Assembly: GCA_964463925.1 (NCBI GenBank)
Contig: CAYXDV010000001.1
Location: forward strand, 99,860 to 163,859
DNA from: an uncultured Gammaproteobacteria bacterium
Lineage (GTDB): Bacteria; Patescibacteriota; Microgenomatia; UBA12405
Reading direction: 5' to 3'
DNA length: 64,000 nucleotides
Part shown: positions 1 through 10,401 of the stretch, in pieces
How the letters are laid out: each line of letters opens with the position of its first letter
Position numbering within the stretch: the first letter of the stretch is position 1
Made by a program: the position numbers and the translations under genes
Notes under the pieces: model-generated
The model's database searches: none
What the model was told of the DNA's origin: nothing
Seen by the model: only the letters and a program-made list of their open reading frames with translations

Positions 1-194
1 ATAGTTAGGTAAAATTGGCCCATGCCAGAAAAAAAGCTTAGAGTTTCTGATGTTTTAAGAAAAGCGAGAAAGCATGGCCGCTATGTACCAACTTGCCTAG
101 GTTTTATAGTATTGCGCCTACAAGAAAAAATCCAAAGAGGTGGGTTGAAGAGTGAAAGTTATTATTTTGACTTTTTAGTGTAAAATAGGGGATA

Positions 195-278
195 GCCGGG
201 ATGGCGGAACTGGCAGACGCGCACGACTCAAAATCGTGTGGTGGCAACATCATGGGGGTTCGATTCCCTCTCTCGGCA
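195..278 (+). tRNA. tRNA-Leu (anticodon CAA)
   Basis: Cloverleaf read by eye: acceptor gccggga/tctcggc, anticodon stem acga/tcgt with loop ctCAAaa, long variable arm, T-loop ggttcgattcc; no encoded CCA. Confidence 0.8.
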
Positions 279-295
279 CAGAGTATAATGGGTAT

Positions 296-937
296 ATGTT
301 ATCGGTAATTTTTGTATTGTTTACTATGGTTTTGTTTGCTTTTTTGGGCTGGCGAGTGCTGTATTTGTTGGAATTGGATCGAGCGGAAATATTTGGCTTT
401 GTTTTTCTTGCACCGGTTGTTTTTTTATTGGTAGCCAGACTTGCTCAAGTAGTTTTATTTTGGAACATTTGGGAGCTTAGATTATTAGATATTGTGGGTT
501 TTTGGCGCAAACCAGAATTTCAAGTTTTGTTTGGATATGTTGCCATGATTATGTTTTGTTTGTATTGGTGCTGGATAAAAAAATGGAAGGTAAACATAGT
601 GCTTGAGGAATTGAGGTGGCCATTTTTAATCTTCTGGTTAGCTTGGGTTGTATACAATTTGGCGATGAATGATTTATTTTCATTTGAAAGCTTTTTGCCT
701 GTCGTAGCCTTAGTATTGGTTTTAATTGTAGATTTATTTTTGTCACCAAGATATAGGAGGGTATGGTGGTATCCAAGTGGTAGAAAGGGAATTATGTTCT
801 GGCTGCTACATCTGGTAATTTTGGTAACTTACATAATTGGGTCAATATTTCTCCGTACTTTTGGGATAAATTTCTATTTGTCATGTTTATTGATGATTCT
901 TTGCCTTGCTCCTTTGATTTGGCTTGGTAGAATATAG
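296..937 (+). CDS. hypothetical polytopic membrane protein
   Basis: ORF 236..937 overlaps the tRNA 3' end, so the start was moved to the first internal Met; very hydrophobic with multiple predicted TM helices; no recognised motif. Confidence 0.45.
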   Translation: MLSVIFVLFTMVLFAFLGWRVLYLLELDRAEIFGFVFLAPVVFLLVARLAQVVLFWNIWELRLLDIVGFWRKPEFQVLFGYVAMIMFCLYWCWIKKWKVNIVLEELRWPFLIFWLAWVVYNLAMNDLFSFESFLPVVALVLVLIVDLFLSPRYRRVWWYPSGRKGIMFWLLHLVILVTYIIGSIFLRTFGINFYLSCLLMILCLAPLIWLGRI

Positions 938-939
938 TT

Positions 940-1305
940 ATGTCAAAAACCATAAAGTTTCCACAGAGCATACTAAAACCAATAGCTGGTTTTCTTAGAC
1001 AGGAGTTAGATAAGCTCAAACAGCAGAGAAAAGAAGCAGTAAAATCGGATATTATTCGGGATCCTAGTCGTTTGTCCTCCAATTCATTGGAAGAGGATGT
1101 GGATGAACAATTGAGTCATCAAAATACCCAGATGCGCGTTGGAATACTCGGTAAACAGATTGTTCAGGTACGAAGGGCTTTGTCTAGGCTAAAATTAGGA
1201 AAATATGGAGTTTGTGAGAACTGTGGTCAGATGATTGACACTGATCGACTGTCTGTTTATCCAGAAACTACCTTGTGTCTGAAGTGTCAAGAAGAAAGAG
1301 AATAA
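940..1305 (+). CDS. DksA/TraR-family C4 zinc-finger protein
   Basis: C-terminal CENCGQMI...CLKCQ C4 zinc finger preceded by a coiled-coil region; size (121 aa) and architecture typical of the DksA/TraR family. Confidence 0.65.
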   Translation: MSKTIKFPQSILKPIAGFLRQELDKLKQQRKEAVKSDIIRDPSRLSSNSLEEDVDEQLSHQNTQMRVGILGKQIVQVRRALSRLKLGKYGVCENCGQMIDTDRLSVYPETTLCLKCQEERE

Positions 1306-1676
1306 TTTGGTTATTCTTGTTAACGATTTTGACTATTGGGATTGGGTTTTGCCATGAAACTTTGGCAGCTAATGGTTACATTGCAAACTATGGGGTCAGC
1401 TTTTCTTTGAAAGTGCCTTTTTTGTTATTTATCATTTGTCTTTTTTTGGTATGGTTAGGGTGGCAATTTGCCTTAAATCCAAGAGGGGATGGCTTGATTG
1501 TTTTAGCGGGAGGTTTTGTAAACTGTTTTGATAGGTTAAAATACGGATATGTTCGTGATTATTGGCATGTTGCTGGTACTGGGATATACAATAACCTGCC
1601 AGACTGGCTAATATTTATTGGTTTATTGTGGTATGGATTATATATATCAAGACGAAGAGATTCTTATACTAAATAA
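1275..1676 (+). CDS. lspA: lipoprotein signal peptidase (signal peptidase II)
   Basis: NYGVSFSL (NxGxAFG-like), FDRLKYGYVRDYW (DRL...V.D) motifs, 4 TM helices; lspA-rluD gene order as in Bacillus. Confidence 0.7.
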   Translation: MSEVSRRKRIIWLFLLTILTIGIGFCHETLAANGYIANYGVSFSLKVPFLLFIICLFLVWLGWQFALNPRGDGLIVLAGGFVNCFDRLKYGYVRDYWHVAGTGIYNNLPDWLIFIGLLWYGLYISRRRDSYTK

Positions 1677-2298
1677 ACCTGCGGGCCTAGTGACAACTCG
1701 AGAAAGAAATGAAAAAAGCGAGACCGTAGAAGACTGGCTTGGTAATTTTTCTTGGTCACTAAAACTAGAAAGATCGGGTATTTGTCATCGCTTAGATAAG
1801 GATACTAGCGGAATTTTGGTTGTTGCAAAGACCAAAAATAGTCTGAGGGAAATAAAAGTACAGTTTAAATCTCGTGAAATAAAAAAAACTTATCTAGCAT
1901 TAGTTGGCGGTTTGACAACTAAATCTGGAGAAATTCATGCTCCAATTTGTAGAAGTCAAATTTTTGGTAAATGGAGGGTTGGTATTGATGGAAAAGAAGC
2001 AACAACCCACTTTAGTAGATTGCAGATATATATGGACACTATTGGTAAAAAATACAGTTATTTGGAGTTGAGACCAAAGACTGGGCGTACACATCAAATA
2101 AGAGTTCATTGTGCCTATATGGGGTGGCCATTGGTAGGGGACAATAGGTATGGTGGAGATACTATTTTAATTAAAAGGCAATTCCTACATGCTTCAGGGT
2201 TAGTAATGATACATCCAAAAAGTAGAAAAAATGTGGAATTTGAATCTCTGTTGGCAGCGGATTTACAAATGGTTTTGGATAGATTAGAGCTAGTCTAA
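1618..2298 (+). CDS. rluD: RluA-family 23S rRNA pseudouridine synthase (RluD-like, no S4 domain)
   Basis: HRLDKDTSGILVVAKT catalytic Asp motif, LNKPAGLVTT, GRTHQIRVH; true start possibly Met at ~1633. Confidence 0.8.
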   Translation: MVYCGMDYIYQDEEILILNKPAGLVTTRERNEKSETVEDWLGNFSWSLKLERSGICHRLDKDTSGILVVAKTKNSLREIKVQFKSREIKKTYLALVGGLTTKSGEIHAPICRSQIFGKWRVGIDGKEATTHFSRLQIYMDTIGKKYSYLELRPKTGRTHQIRVHCAYMGWPLVGDNRYGGDTILIKRQFLHASGLVMIHPKSRKNVEFESLLAADLQMVLDRLELV

Positions 2299-2312
2299 TG
2301 ATAGAATAAGTA

Positions 2313-3017
2313 ATGTCTGGACATTCAAAGTGGGCAAATATTAAAGCTAGAAAAGGTTCTCAAGATGCAAAACGCAGTGCAACTTTTACACGACTTGCTA
2401 AAAATATATTGACTGCAATACGTGAAGGTGGTGGATTGATAGATTCAGATTTGAATAGCAAGCTTCGCAGCGCAATAGAACAAGCGAGGAACGCTAATAT
2501 GCCAAAGGAAAACATTGAAAGATTGTTATCCTCTTTTGCAGAAAAGAGAGAGCATATGCTGCCAATGATTTTAGAGGGATTTGCACCGGGTAATGTGCCT
2601 GTGATAATCACTGCTGAAACCGATAATAAAAACAGGACTCTTTCTGAATTAAAATTAATTTTTCGCAATTTTGGGGCAAATTTGGGAGAAAGTGGTAGTG
2701 TATCTTTTATGTTTGAGCATTTGGGTGAGTTAAGATTAGAAAGTTTGCCGAATGATGAGGTCCAACTAAACCTTATAGATTTAGGAGCTAGTGAAATACA
2801 AGGAAAAAATGTATATGTAAATCCAAGTAATTTACATCAATTTGAAGAAAAAGTTATTGCTGTTGGAATTGCAGTTGAAGGGTCTGGGCTTGTTTATAAA
2901 CCAAATAACCCAGTAGATTTAGATACTGAGAATGAGGAAAAATTGTTAGAATTTTTGGAAACTCTAGAAGATCATGAAGATGTTCTGGGTGTTTATCCGG
3001 CAATAATTGATGAATAA
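2313..3017 (+). CDS. yebC: YebC/PmpR family DNA-binding transcriptional regulator
   Basis: N-terminus MSGHSKWANIKARKG is the hallmark of the YebC/PmpR family; length 234 aa. Confidence 0.9.
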   Translation: MSGHSKWANIKARKGSQDAKRSATFTRLAKNILTAIREGGGLIDSDLNSKLRSAIEQARNANMPKENIERLLSSFAEKREHMLPMILEGFAPGNVPVIITAETDNKNRTLSELKLIFRNFGANLGESGSVSFMFEHLGELRLESLPNDEVQLNLIDLGASEIQGKNVYVNPSNLHQFEEKVIAVGIAVEGSGLVYKPNNPVDLDTENEEKLLEFLETLEDHEDVLGVYPAIIDE

Positions 3018-3792
3018 AAGAATCCGATTTTTTATTGCAAGCACAATAGCGGCTGGAGCCTTATTTTTAAGTCTTAGTTTGGAATTTAATTTGTTGATAA
3101 AAACTATCATGTTTTTGCTCACTTCAATGGTTCTGAGCTGGTGGGCAATTGGCTTATCTTTTAAAAAAATTCAGCTAAGCAATTTTGTCTATTTGATACT
3201 CCCATTTCTATTTAGCCTTGGTTATCAGCAGCTGGCAGTAGTTTTGGCAACAGGTTTGATAGTAAATATTATTCTGGTAGTTGTTTATTTATTGGTAATG
3301 TATACCTTTTTTTTAGTTTTTAATATATTTACAATAACCCAAAAGCAGCGAACTCCGGCATTGTATCGTTCAGCTCAAACGGTTAGCCTTATTTTGGGGC
3401 TATTGGCAGCATTTTTGATCAACAATTTTATTTGGTCACTCAGACTGCATTTTTTTGAGAATTTTGTACTATTTTTTATAGCGGGGTATCTTATTTTTGC
3501 TTATCATGTTTGGGCTGTGTGGATAGAAATTGGGGAGGAGATAAGTAGGGCTAACTGGTTAACATACACACTGATACCATCAGCAATTTTGGCGGAATTT
3601 TCTGTTATATTTAGCTTTTGGCCATCTGGAGTATTTTTGGCATCCCTATACATAGTAGTGGCCAAGTATTTGTTGACACAGGTGGTGGTGGCTGGAATAA
3701 CTCAGAAAAACGTAGGTAAAATGTATGAAACGATATTTTGGGTGGGAATTGCGGCAGTGGTGGCTGCATTTTTTAGTACCAGTTGGAGATGA
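3007..3792 (+). CDS. hypothetical polytopic membrane protein
   Basis: Long ORF, strongly hydrophobic with 6-8 TM segments; no motif recognised. Confidence 0.5.
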   Translation: MMNKRIRFFIASTIAAGALFLSLSLEFNLLIKTIMFLLTSMVLSWWAIGLSFKKIQLSNFVYLILPFLFSLGYQQLAVVLATGLIVNIILVVVYLLVMYTFFLVFNIFTITQKQRTPALYRSAQTVSLILGLLAAFLINNFIWSLRLHFFENFVLFFIAGYLIFAYHVWAVWIEIGEEISRANWLTYTLIPSAILAEFSVIFSFWPSGVFLASLYIVVAKYLLTQVVVAGITQKNVGKMYETIFWVGIAAVVAAFFSTSWR

Positions 3793-4365
3793 AAGGGGAG
3801 AGTAGTCCTATAATATATAGTCTTATAATATTAATATTTTCACAATATAGTCCTATAATTTTCACGCACATGTGATATGGAATGATATAGTTGTGTGGAT
3901 AACTATATCAAACTGTACATTGGGTGAGGCTAAGCCTGGGAGACAGGAGTAAGGACAAGGTAGATTTGTTTGGTTGTTAATGTTTGAAAGTGTTAACGGG
4001 ATATTTACTGTAAAAGTTACTATCACTCCCTATTGGGGAGTAGTAATAGTTAATGTCGCACAATGTATCTTTTACGACATTACTTAAAAAATGAGTAGAG
4101 GGGAGTGATCTTTTTTCTTTTTTTTATTTTTTAAAATTGTGTTTATTATTTTTTTTGTACTTTGAAGATGTTTAATTTTTGCTAGTTTTATCCCTCGATT
4201 AGCTGTGTGAGTCTTGTTTTATGCCTAAGTTCATATTTACTAGCTTGACTCCCCTAATTTTATCTTTGGTAGGGTGGTGATAATAAGTGCCTTAAAATAG
4301 GCAATTATTGTGTTGTTGCTTTATTGCCCCTACAATCAATGTTTTTGTGTTAGCCTTGATTAGTT
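3793..4365. promoter_or_regulatory. 573-bp noncoding region upstream of the xer gene, with repeats and inverted repeats
   Basis: Three direct copies of TAGTC[CT]TATAAT (3803, 3818, 3849). Perfect IR GATATAGTT-N8-AACTATATC (3884-3909). IR ATCACTCCC...GGGAGTGAT (4024/4101) followed by a T-tract. No ORF >60 aa. Confidence 0.5.
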
Positions 4366-5319
4366 ATGGTAAATGATCAAACACTAAGGCCATTAATAGT
4401 AAAATTTTTGGAGCATATGGAGTTAGAGCGCAATGCTTCTAAGCTAACAGTAAGAAATTATGACCACTATTTGAAACGTTATGTTGATTATTTGGCCAGC
4501 TATATCAGCGGGACTCCTGTCATAACGGACATAACAATTGATTCGGTGCGCAAATTTCGCCTTTTTTTAAGTCGTGAGCCTGGTATGCAAAAAGAGTCAA
4601 CTATGAAAATAAACACACAAGGATACTATGCCATAGCACTCAGATCGTTTTTAAAGTGGTTAGTGAAGGCAGATTATAAAGATGTCCTTGAGCCAGAAAA
4701 GATCGATGTACCAAAGAATAAAGATCATAGTTTGAAGTTTTTAGAGGCAGATCAAATATACAGATTGCTTAATCAGCCAATATTATCAACCAAGCTTGGT
4801 TTGCGCGATAAAGTGATTCTGGAGCTATTGTTTTCTACAGGATTAAGAGTTTCTGAACTTGTTGGCCTTGATAGAGAAAAAATTAATTTAGAAACTCTTG
4901 AGTTTAATGTGATTGGTAAAGGCGGTAAATCAAGGCTAGTATTTATTAGTAAACAAGCAGCCGAATTCATTTCAAGATATTTTGAAGAACGAAAAGATGG
5001 CTATAAACCACTTTTTATACGTAATTTACGCCCAAACGAGACTATTTTAGAGGATTCTGAGGTACGATTAACTGCCAGATCGGTTCAACGAATTGTCAAA
5101 AAGTATGTCGCAAAAGCAAAAATACCTGTAGAAGCTACTCCGCATACTATTCGCCATTCTATGGCAACCGATTTGTTACGCGGTGGTGCTGATTTGAGAT
5201 CAATACAGGAACTACTTGGCCACAAAAATATTAATACTACCCAAATTTATACACATATTACAAACGCAAGATTGCGCGAAGTGCATCAGAAATTTCATAG
5301 CGGTAATAAATCTCACTAA
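4366..5319 (+). CDS. xerC: tyrosine site-specific recombinase, XerC/XerD-like
   Basis: N-terminal SAM-like core-binding domain; C-terminal R...HTIRHSMATDLLRGGADLRSIQELLGH...TTQIYTHI with the R-H-R-Y catalytic tetrad pattern. Confidence 0.85.
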   Translation: MVNDQTLRPLIVKFLEHMELERNASKLTVRNYDHYLKRYVDYLASYISGTPVITDITIDSVRKFRLFLSREPGMQKESTMKINTQGYYAIALRSFLKWLVKADYKDVLEPEKIDVPKNKDHSLKFLEADQIYRLLNQPILSTKLGLRDKVILELLFSTGLRVSELVGLDREKINLETLEFNVIGKGGKSRLVFISKQAAEFISRYFEERKDGYKPLFIRNLRPNETILEDSEVRLTARSVQRIVKKYVAKAKIPVEATPHTIRHSMATDLLRGGADLRSIQELLGHKNINTTQIYTHITNARLREVHQKFHSGNKSH

Positions 5320-5733
5320 ATATATTATAGGATTTTATAATTACCACTCCCCTTCTCTAGTACAAACGAGATGTAATAATATTCCTTATTTACGGACACA
5401 TTTATGCTTTGATACCAAATTATCAGTTAGTTAAACTTTGTGCTAAATTGTACTCATCTATAATATTTATCTTATACAAATTACTTTTTTTGATTATATG
5501 CACTAAAGTTTTTTTCTATCTAAAATGAACCTAGATTATCTATCTTATAATAGATAGATAATTCTTTTATTCTGTTAAGAATGCTTTGTTTTTGATAAAA
5601 ACTTAGTTTATGTATTATATTTTACGTATCTATCTGATAAAAATGTACTTTTTATTTTAGATAGCAGTTGATAAGATCTATTGATAAAAACTATTGGTAT
5701 ATAATGTGCGTATATAATGTGTTGAAAATGAAG
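5320..5733. repeat. AT-rich convergent intergenic region with a palindrome and TGATAAAAA repeats
   Basis: Perfect 10-bp IR ATTATCTATC-N8-GATAGATAAT (5535-5562). Repeated TATCTATCT (5513, 5537, 5628). Three copies of TGATAAAAA[CT] (approx 5592, 5635, 5683). Confidence 0.5.
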
Positions 5734-8376
5734 CTATTTATTATCTACAGAAGCAATTTCATTTGTAGTGGCCATATGTTGTTTTAAAACAGTCATGGCA
5801 TTTACTTTATCGTCTTTAGTTTTAAATCTAATTAAGATAACTCCTTTTGTATTTCTACCCAACTTTGGAATGGTGGAGAGTGGAAGCTTGATACTGACGG
5901 CTTTTTTTGAAGTTAAAATGATCTGGGTATCTTGTGGAGTAACTACTGCACCTGCAGCTATTTTTCCGGTTTTTGGACCAAGATTAGCAACTTTTACTCC
6001 AACGCCACCTCGTTTTTGCATTGGATATTCATAAGCGCTGGTTCTTTTACCTATTCCATTTTCAGTTACCACTAACAAATCCCTAAAATCAGATTTATCC
6101 TGACTACTTGCACTAGGAATAACATCAAGACTGATTAGTTTATCTGAGTTTTTCAGTAGAATGCCGCGAACACCTTGAGTATGACGACCCATGGCTCTAG
6201 CATCTGCTTCTTTGAAGCGAATACTTTTACCATCTTCAGTGACTAAAAAAATTTCGTCTTGACCGCTAGTTCCTTTGGCCCACATGAGCTCATCATTGGG
6301 ATCTAGTTTTATTGCTGCAATTCCAGTTTGGCGAATATTAGCAAATTGATCTAGGGCTGTCTTTTTAATTGTTCCAGATCTAGTGGCCAATATTACATAT
6401 TTTATATCTGACTCTTTGGATAGAGGCAAAATTGTTTGGACAGTTTCACCTTGCTGTATCTGAATTAAATTGACTACTGCCTGACCTTTGGCTTGTCGTC
6501 CACTTTCTGCAATTTCCCAAACTTTAGTTTTAAAAACTCTACCGCGATTAGTAAAGAAAAGTAAATCGTCGTGAGTAGTGACAGAAAGCATATTATCTAC
6601 TTCATCTTCATCTTTTGTAGTCATTCCCATAAGCCCCTTGCCTCCACGATTTTGAGTTCGAAAACTATCTTTTGATAGTCGTTTTATATAGCCAGTTCTG
6701 GTTATAGTAACAATGGTGTCTTCTTTGGGAATTAAATCTTCCTCACTAAACTCCTCTAGTGGCCTTGCATAAATTTTGGTTCGTCTGGTGTCTGAATATT
6801 TTTCTTTGATTGCAGAGTTTTCTTTTAAAAGTTCCGAAATCATTCTAGTAGGAACTGTAACTATGGTAGTTAAATCATCAATACTTAATTTTATCTGGTT
6901 ATACTCATCCTCAATTTTTTGGCGCTCTAAGGCTGCTAGGCGCCGCAACTGCATCTCTAAAATTGCATTGGCCTGAAGATCTGTAAAATCAAATTTATCC
7001 ATAAGATTGGTTTTGGCGGTTTCTGCAGTATCACTAGCTCTAATTGTTTTGATGACGGCATCTAAGTTATCTAAGGCAATTTTGTAACCCTCTAAGATAT
7101 GAGATCTTAACTTTAGGCCTTTAAGCTCAAAGATAGTGCGTCTTCTTACTACATTTTCTCGATGGCGGACAAAAAGTAGAAGCATTTGGCGCAGATTTAG
7201 GGTTTGCGGCGCTCCGTCAACAATTGCCAGCATATTTGCTGAATAACTAGTTTGAAGCTGAGTGTATTTATATAATTTATTTAAAACTGATTTTGGATTA
7301 CTAGTTTTTTTTAATTCGCAAACTACACGGATTCCGTGCCTATCAGACTCATCTCGTAGATCGGAAATGCCAACGATACGCTTATCGTGGGCTAGATCGG
7401 CAATTTTTTTAACCAGCTCGGCTTTGTTTACTTGATATGGGATTTCAGTAATTACGATACGTATTTTTCCAGATTTAGTTTCTTCAATTTTAGCTTTGCC
7501 GCGGACATCGAATTTACCACGACCTGTTAGATACATCTCCTGGATATATTTTTTACCATAAATTTCACCATAGGTTGGAAAATCGGGACCTTGGACAAAT
7601 TGAGTCAAATCTTCTGCTGTGGCAGTAGTCTCTAAAACAAAATTTGCATCTTCTAGAGCGTAAATATCCGATAGAACTTTGTCTTGAGTAGTAAGAATTG
7701 TTCTCGGCTTACCTTGTTTTTCTTCTTGTTTGTGAATAGTTGATTTTTCTAAAAGATGGGAAATAGCATCAGATAATTCTCCAAGATTGTGGGGGGGGAT
7801 TTTAGTAGCCATACCCACAGCAATACCATCAGCACCGTTTAGTAATAAATTTGGGATTCTAGCTGGAAGAACATCAGGCTCTTTTAAAGTAGCATCAAAA
7901 TTATCAGAAAAAGATACTGTGTCCTTTTCTATGTCGGAAATTAACTCCGCAGAGATTTTTTCAAGCTTTACTTCTGTGTAACGCATGGCAGCTGGAGGGT
8001 CACCGTCAATAGAACCAAAATTACCTTGTCCTTTAACCAGGGTGTAACGCATGGCAAAGTCCTGAGCCATGCGAACCAAGGACATGTATACAGACATGTC
8101 CCCGTGTGGATGATATTTACCCAATACCTCTCCAACTATTTTAGCCGACTTGCTGAATTTAGCGCTATGAGAAAGACCCATGGTTTCCATGGCGTAAATG
8201 ATGCGACGGTGAACTGGCTTTAAACCATCACGGACATCAGGTAAGGCACGGGCAACTATTACGCTCATGGCGTAGTCAAGATAGGACTGTTCCATTTCGG
8301 GAACTAGGTCAACATCAATTACTTTACCAAGTGGTATTAAGGGTCGATCGTTTTTTTGAGATAAATCTGTTGCCAT
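5734..8376 (-). CDS. gyrA: DNA gyrase subunit A
   Basis: N-terminal [17 protein letters not shown], active-site region, C-terminal beta-pinwheel repeats; 880 aa; directly downstream of gyrB. Confidence 0.97.
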   Translation of the reverse strand: MATDLSQKNDRPLIPLGKVIDVDLVPEMEQSYLDYAMSVIVARALPDVRDGLKPVHRRIIYAMETMGLSHSAKFSKSAKIVGEVLGKYHPHGDMSVYMSLVRMAQDFAMRYTLVKGQGNFGSIDGDPPAAMRYTEVKLEKISAELISDIEKDTVSFSDNFDATLKEPDVLPARIPNLLLNGADGIAVGMATKIPPHNLGELSDAISHLLEKSTIHKQEEKQGKPRTILTTQDKVLSDIYALEDANFVLETTATAEDLTQFVQGPDFPTYGEIYGKKYIQEMYLTGRGKFDVRGKAKIEETKSGKIRIVITEIPYQVNKAELVKKIADLAHDKRIVGISDLRDESDRHGIRVVCELKKTSNPKSVLNKLYKYTQLQTSYSANMLAIVDGAPQTLNLRQMLLLFVRHRENVVRRRTIFELKGLKLRSHILEGYKIALDNLDAVIKTIRASDTAETAKTNLMDKFDFTDLQANAILEMQLRRLAALERQKIEDEYNQIKLSIDDLTTIVTVPTRMISELLKENSAIKEKYSDTRRTKIYARPLEEFSEEDLIPKEDTIVTITRTGYIKRLSKDSFRTQNRGGKGLMGMTTKDEDEVDNMLSVTTHDDLLFFTNRGRVFKTKVWEIAESGRQAKGQAVVNLIQIQQGETVQTILPLSKESDIKYVILATRSGTIKKTALDQFANIRQTGIAAIKLDPNDELMWAKGTSGQDEIFLVTEDGKSIRFKEADARAMGRHTQGVRGILLKNSDKLISLDVIPSASSQDKSDFRDLLVVTENGIGKRTSAYEYPMQKRGGVGVKVANLGPKTGKIAAGAVVTPQDTQIILTSKKAVSIKLPLSTIPKLGRNTKGVILIRFKTKDDKVNAMTVLKQHMATTNEIASVDNK

Positions 8377-8377
8377 A

Positions 8378-10360
8378 TTAAATATCTAAGGTTGCTAAAT
8401 GAGCGTGAGTTTGGATAAATTTTTTTCTAGGAGGAACTAATTCGCCCATTAAAATACTAACGGTTTCGTCGGATTTTAGGGCATCGCTGATACTGACCCG
8501 TTTCAAAGTTCTGCTTTCTGGATTCATAGTGGTTTCCCATAGCTGTTCGGCATCCATTTCCCCCAAACCTTTGTAACGTTGGATATCGAAAGATTTGGTC
8601 TTGTCTACTTTTGTTTGAATTATAGAATCACGATCTTGATCGGTATAAGCATATTCCATAAACTTTCCTTGCTTTATTTTAAAAAGAGGAGGCATGGCAA
8701 TATAAACATGTCCACCTTCAATTAACCCAGGCATATGCCGGAACAAAAAAGTGATTAATAAAGTTCTAATATGGGCACCATCAACATCAGCATCGGACAT
8801 CAAAATTATCCTGTGGTAACGTAGTTTGTTTTTATCATATGTCTCCCCTATTCCACAACCTAGGGCAATAATAAAATCTTTTAATTTATCTGAATTTACA
8901 ATTTTATCGAGGCGCATACCTTCGGTATTTATACTTTTTCCCCAAAGAGGAAGAATTGCTTGGAATTTGCGATCCCTACCCTGTTTGGCACTACCACCTG
9001 CAGAGTCTCCTTCTACAATGTAAATTTCACATTCTTCGGGACGTTTAGATTGACAGTCAGCCAATTTTCCTGGTAAGCCGAGTGATTCAAAGGCTCCTTT
9101 TCGCAAGATGGCATCACGGGCGGCCTTGGCGGCTTGGCGGACCTCAATTGCTAGCAAAATCTTGCCAACGATTGCTTTGGCTACTTCTGGGTGTTCTTCA
9201 AAATAAGTTTCAAGCTGTTCTTTGACTATTTTTTGAACAGCTATTTGGGCTTCGGTATTACCCAGTTTAGATTTTGTTTGACCTTCAAACTTGAGATCTT
9301 TGTTCCCCATCCATAAAGCGACAACAGCAGTCAGACCTTGACGGACATCTTCACCACTAATCCCCTCCCCTTTATCTTTTTGCTTGATCATTTCTTTGCG
9401 CTCAGCATAGTCTTTGATGACTTTAGTTAAGGCAATTTTGAATCCAGTTAAATGTGTTCCACCTTCAGTGGTATTGATGATGTTTACATAGCTTGGAGTG
9501 TTTTCTGTAAAGCTGTCATTATATTGGAGGGCAACTTCGACTCTGATCCCCTCTTCTTCTCCTTTTATAAATACTGGCTCGTGAAGGATTATTTTGTTTT
9601 TATTCAGTTCTTTAATTAGAGCAATGGTCCCAGCTTCGTAGTAGTAGTGCTGTTCGTGAGAAGTGATTTCATTGAAAAAATGAAAATATACACGACTGTT
9701 CAAGTAAGCCCTGTCTTTTAATGATTTTAAGATGACTTTTGGATCAAATTCTAATGTTTCGGTAAAAATTTCTGAATCTGGGGTGAAAGTTACCGTGGTA
9801 CCGTTTATGCTATTTGGAATAATTTCTTTAATTTTGGGTATCAGGCTATTTTCGATTTTAGTTAATTTTTTAGTGGTAGCACCCCGGGAAAATTCTATAT
9901 GATGCAGGGTGCCATCACGTCTAATTTCTACTGAATACTTAGTAGATAAAGCATTGACACAGGTGGCCCCAACACCATGCAGACCACCAGAAACTTGATA
10001 GGCTTTGCCTTCAAATTTACCACCAGAATGAAGTGTGGTTAAAATTACTTCTACTGCTGGTTTTTTGTACTTGGGCATGATGTCGAATGGCATACCGCGA
10101 CCGTCGTCAGCAACCGTAACAGAGTTATCTTTGTGAAGAATTACCCAAACATTTTTACCGTAGCCAGCCAAAGCTTCATCTTGGGCATTGTCAACTATTT
10201 CCCACAAGCAATGATGTAAACCGCGTACATCCGTAGATCCGATATACATGGCCGGGCGTTTACGTACGGGTTCTAGACCCTCTAGAACGGTTATACTTTC
10301 TCCAGTATAGTTAGTTTGTACTTTTTGATTTTTTAGATCGTCTGCCATAAATGAATTCAA
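8378..10360 (-). CDS. gyrB: DNA gyrase subunit B
   Basis: GHKL ATPase motifs ([23 protein letters not shown]), TOPRIM EGDSAGG and PLWGK motifs; 660 aa. Confidence 0.97.
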   Translation of the reverse strand: MNSFMADDLKNQKVQTNYTGESITVLEGLEPVRKRPAMYIGSTDVRGLHHCLWEIVDNAQDEALAGYGKNVWVILHKDNSVTVADDGRGMPFDIMPKYKKPAVEVILTTLHSGGKFEGKAYQVSGGLHGVGATCVNALSTKYSVEIRRDGTLHHIEFSRGATTKKLTKIENSLIPKIKEIIPNSINGTTVTFTPDSEIFTETLEFDPKVILKSLKDRAYLNSRVYFHFFNEITSHEQHYYYEAGTIALIKELNKNKIILHEPVFIKGEEEGIRVEVALQYNDSFTENTPSYVNIINTTEGGTHLTGFKIALTKVIKDYAERKEMIKQKDKGEGISGEDVRQGLTAVVALWMGNKDLKFEGQTKSKLGNTEAQIAVQKIVKEQLETYFEEHPEVAKAIVGKILLAIEVRQAAKAARDAILRKGAFESLGLPGKLADCQSKRPEECEIYIVEGDSAGGSAKQGRDRKFQAILPLWGKSINTEGMRLDKIVNSDKLKDFIIALGCGIGETYDKNKLRYHRIILMSDADVDGAHIRTLLITFLFRHMPGLIEGGHVYIAMPPLFKIKQGKFMEYAYTDQDRDSIIQTKVDKTKSFDIQRYKGLGEMDAEQLWETTMNPESRTLKRVSISDALKSDETVSILMGELVPPRKKFIQTHAHLATLDI

Positions 10361-10401
10361 AAATGTACTCCAGTATACCGATTTAAGTGTGGGTAAGCAA
10401 G

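Noticed and set aside
549-1082. Antisense ORFs 549..776 and 792..1082 (-)
   Set aside because: They lie entirely inside or opposite the better-supported + strand genes, have low-complexity products and no motifs
3793-4365. tmRNA or RNase P RNA in the long xer upstream region
   Set aside because: No tRNA-like GGTTCGANTCC end, no GGAAAGTCCGG P4 motif and no other conserved cores seen by eye
5320-5733. Possibility that the AT-rich repeat region downstream of gyrA is the replication origin
   Set aside because: No dnaA/dnaN nearby. gyrBA are the distal genes of a long operon. The repeats do not match DnaA-box consensus TTATCCACA. Kept only as a dif/att or regulatory candidate
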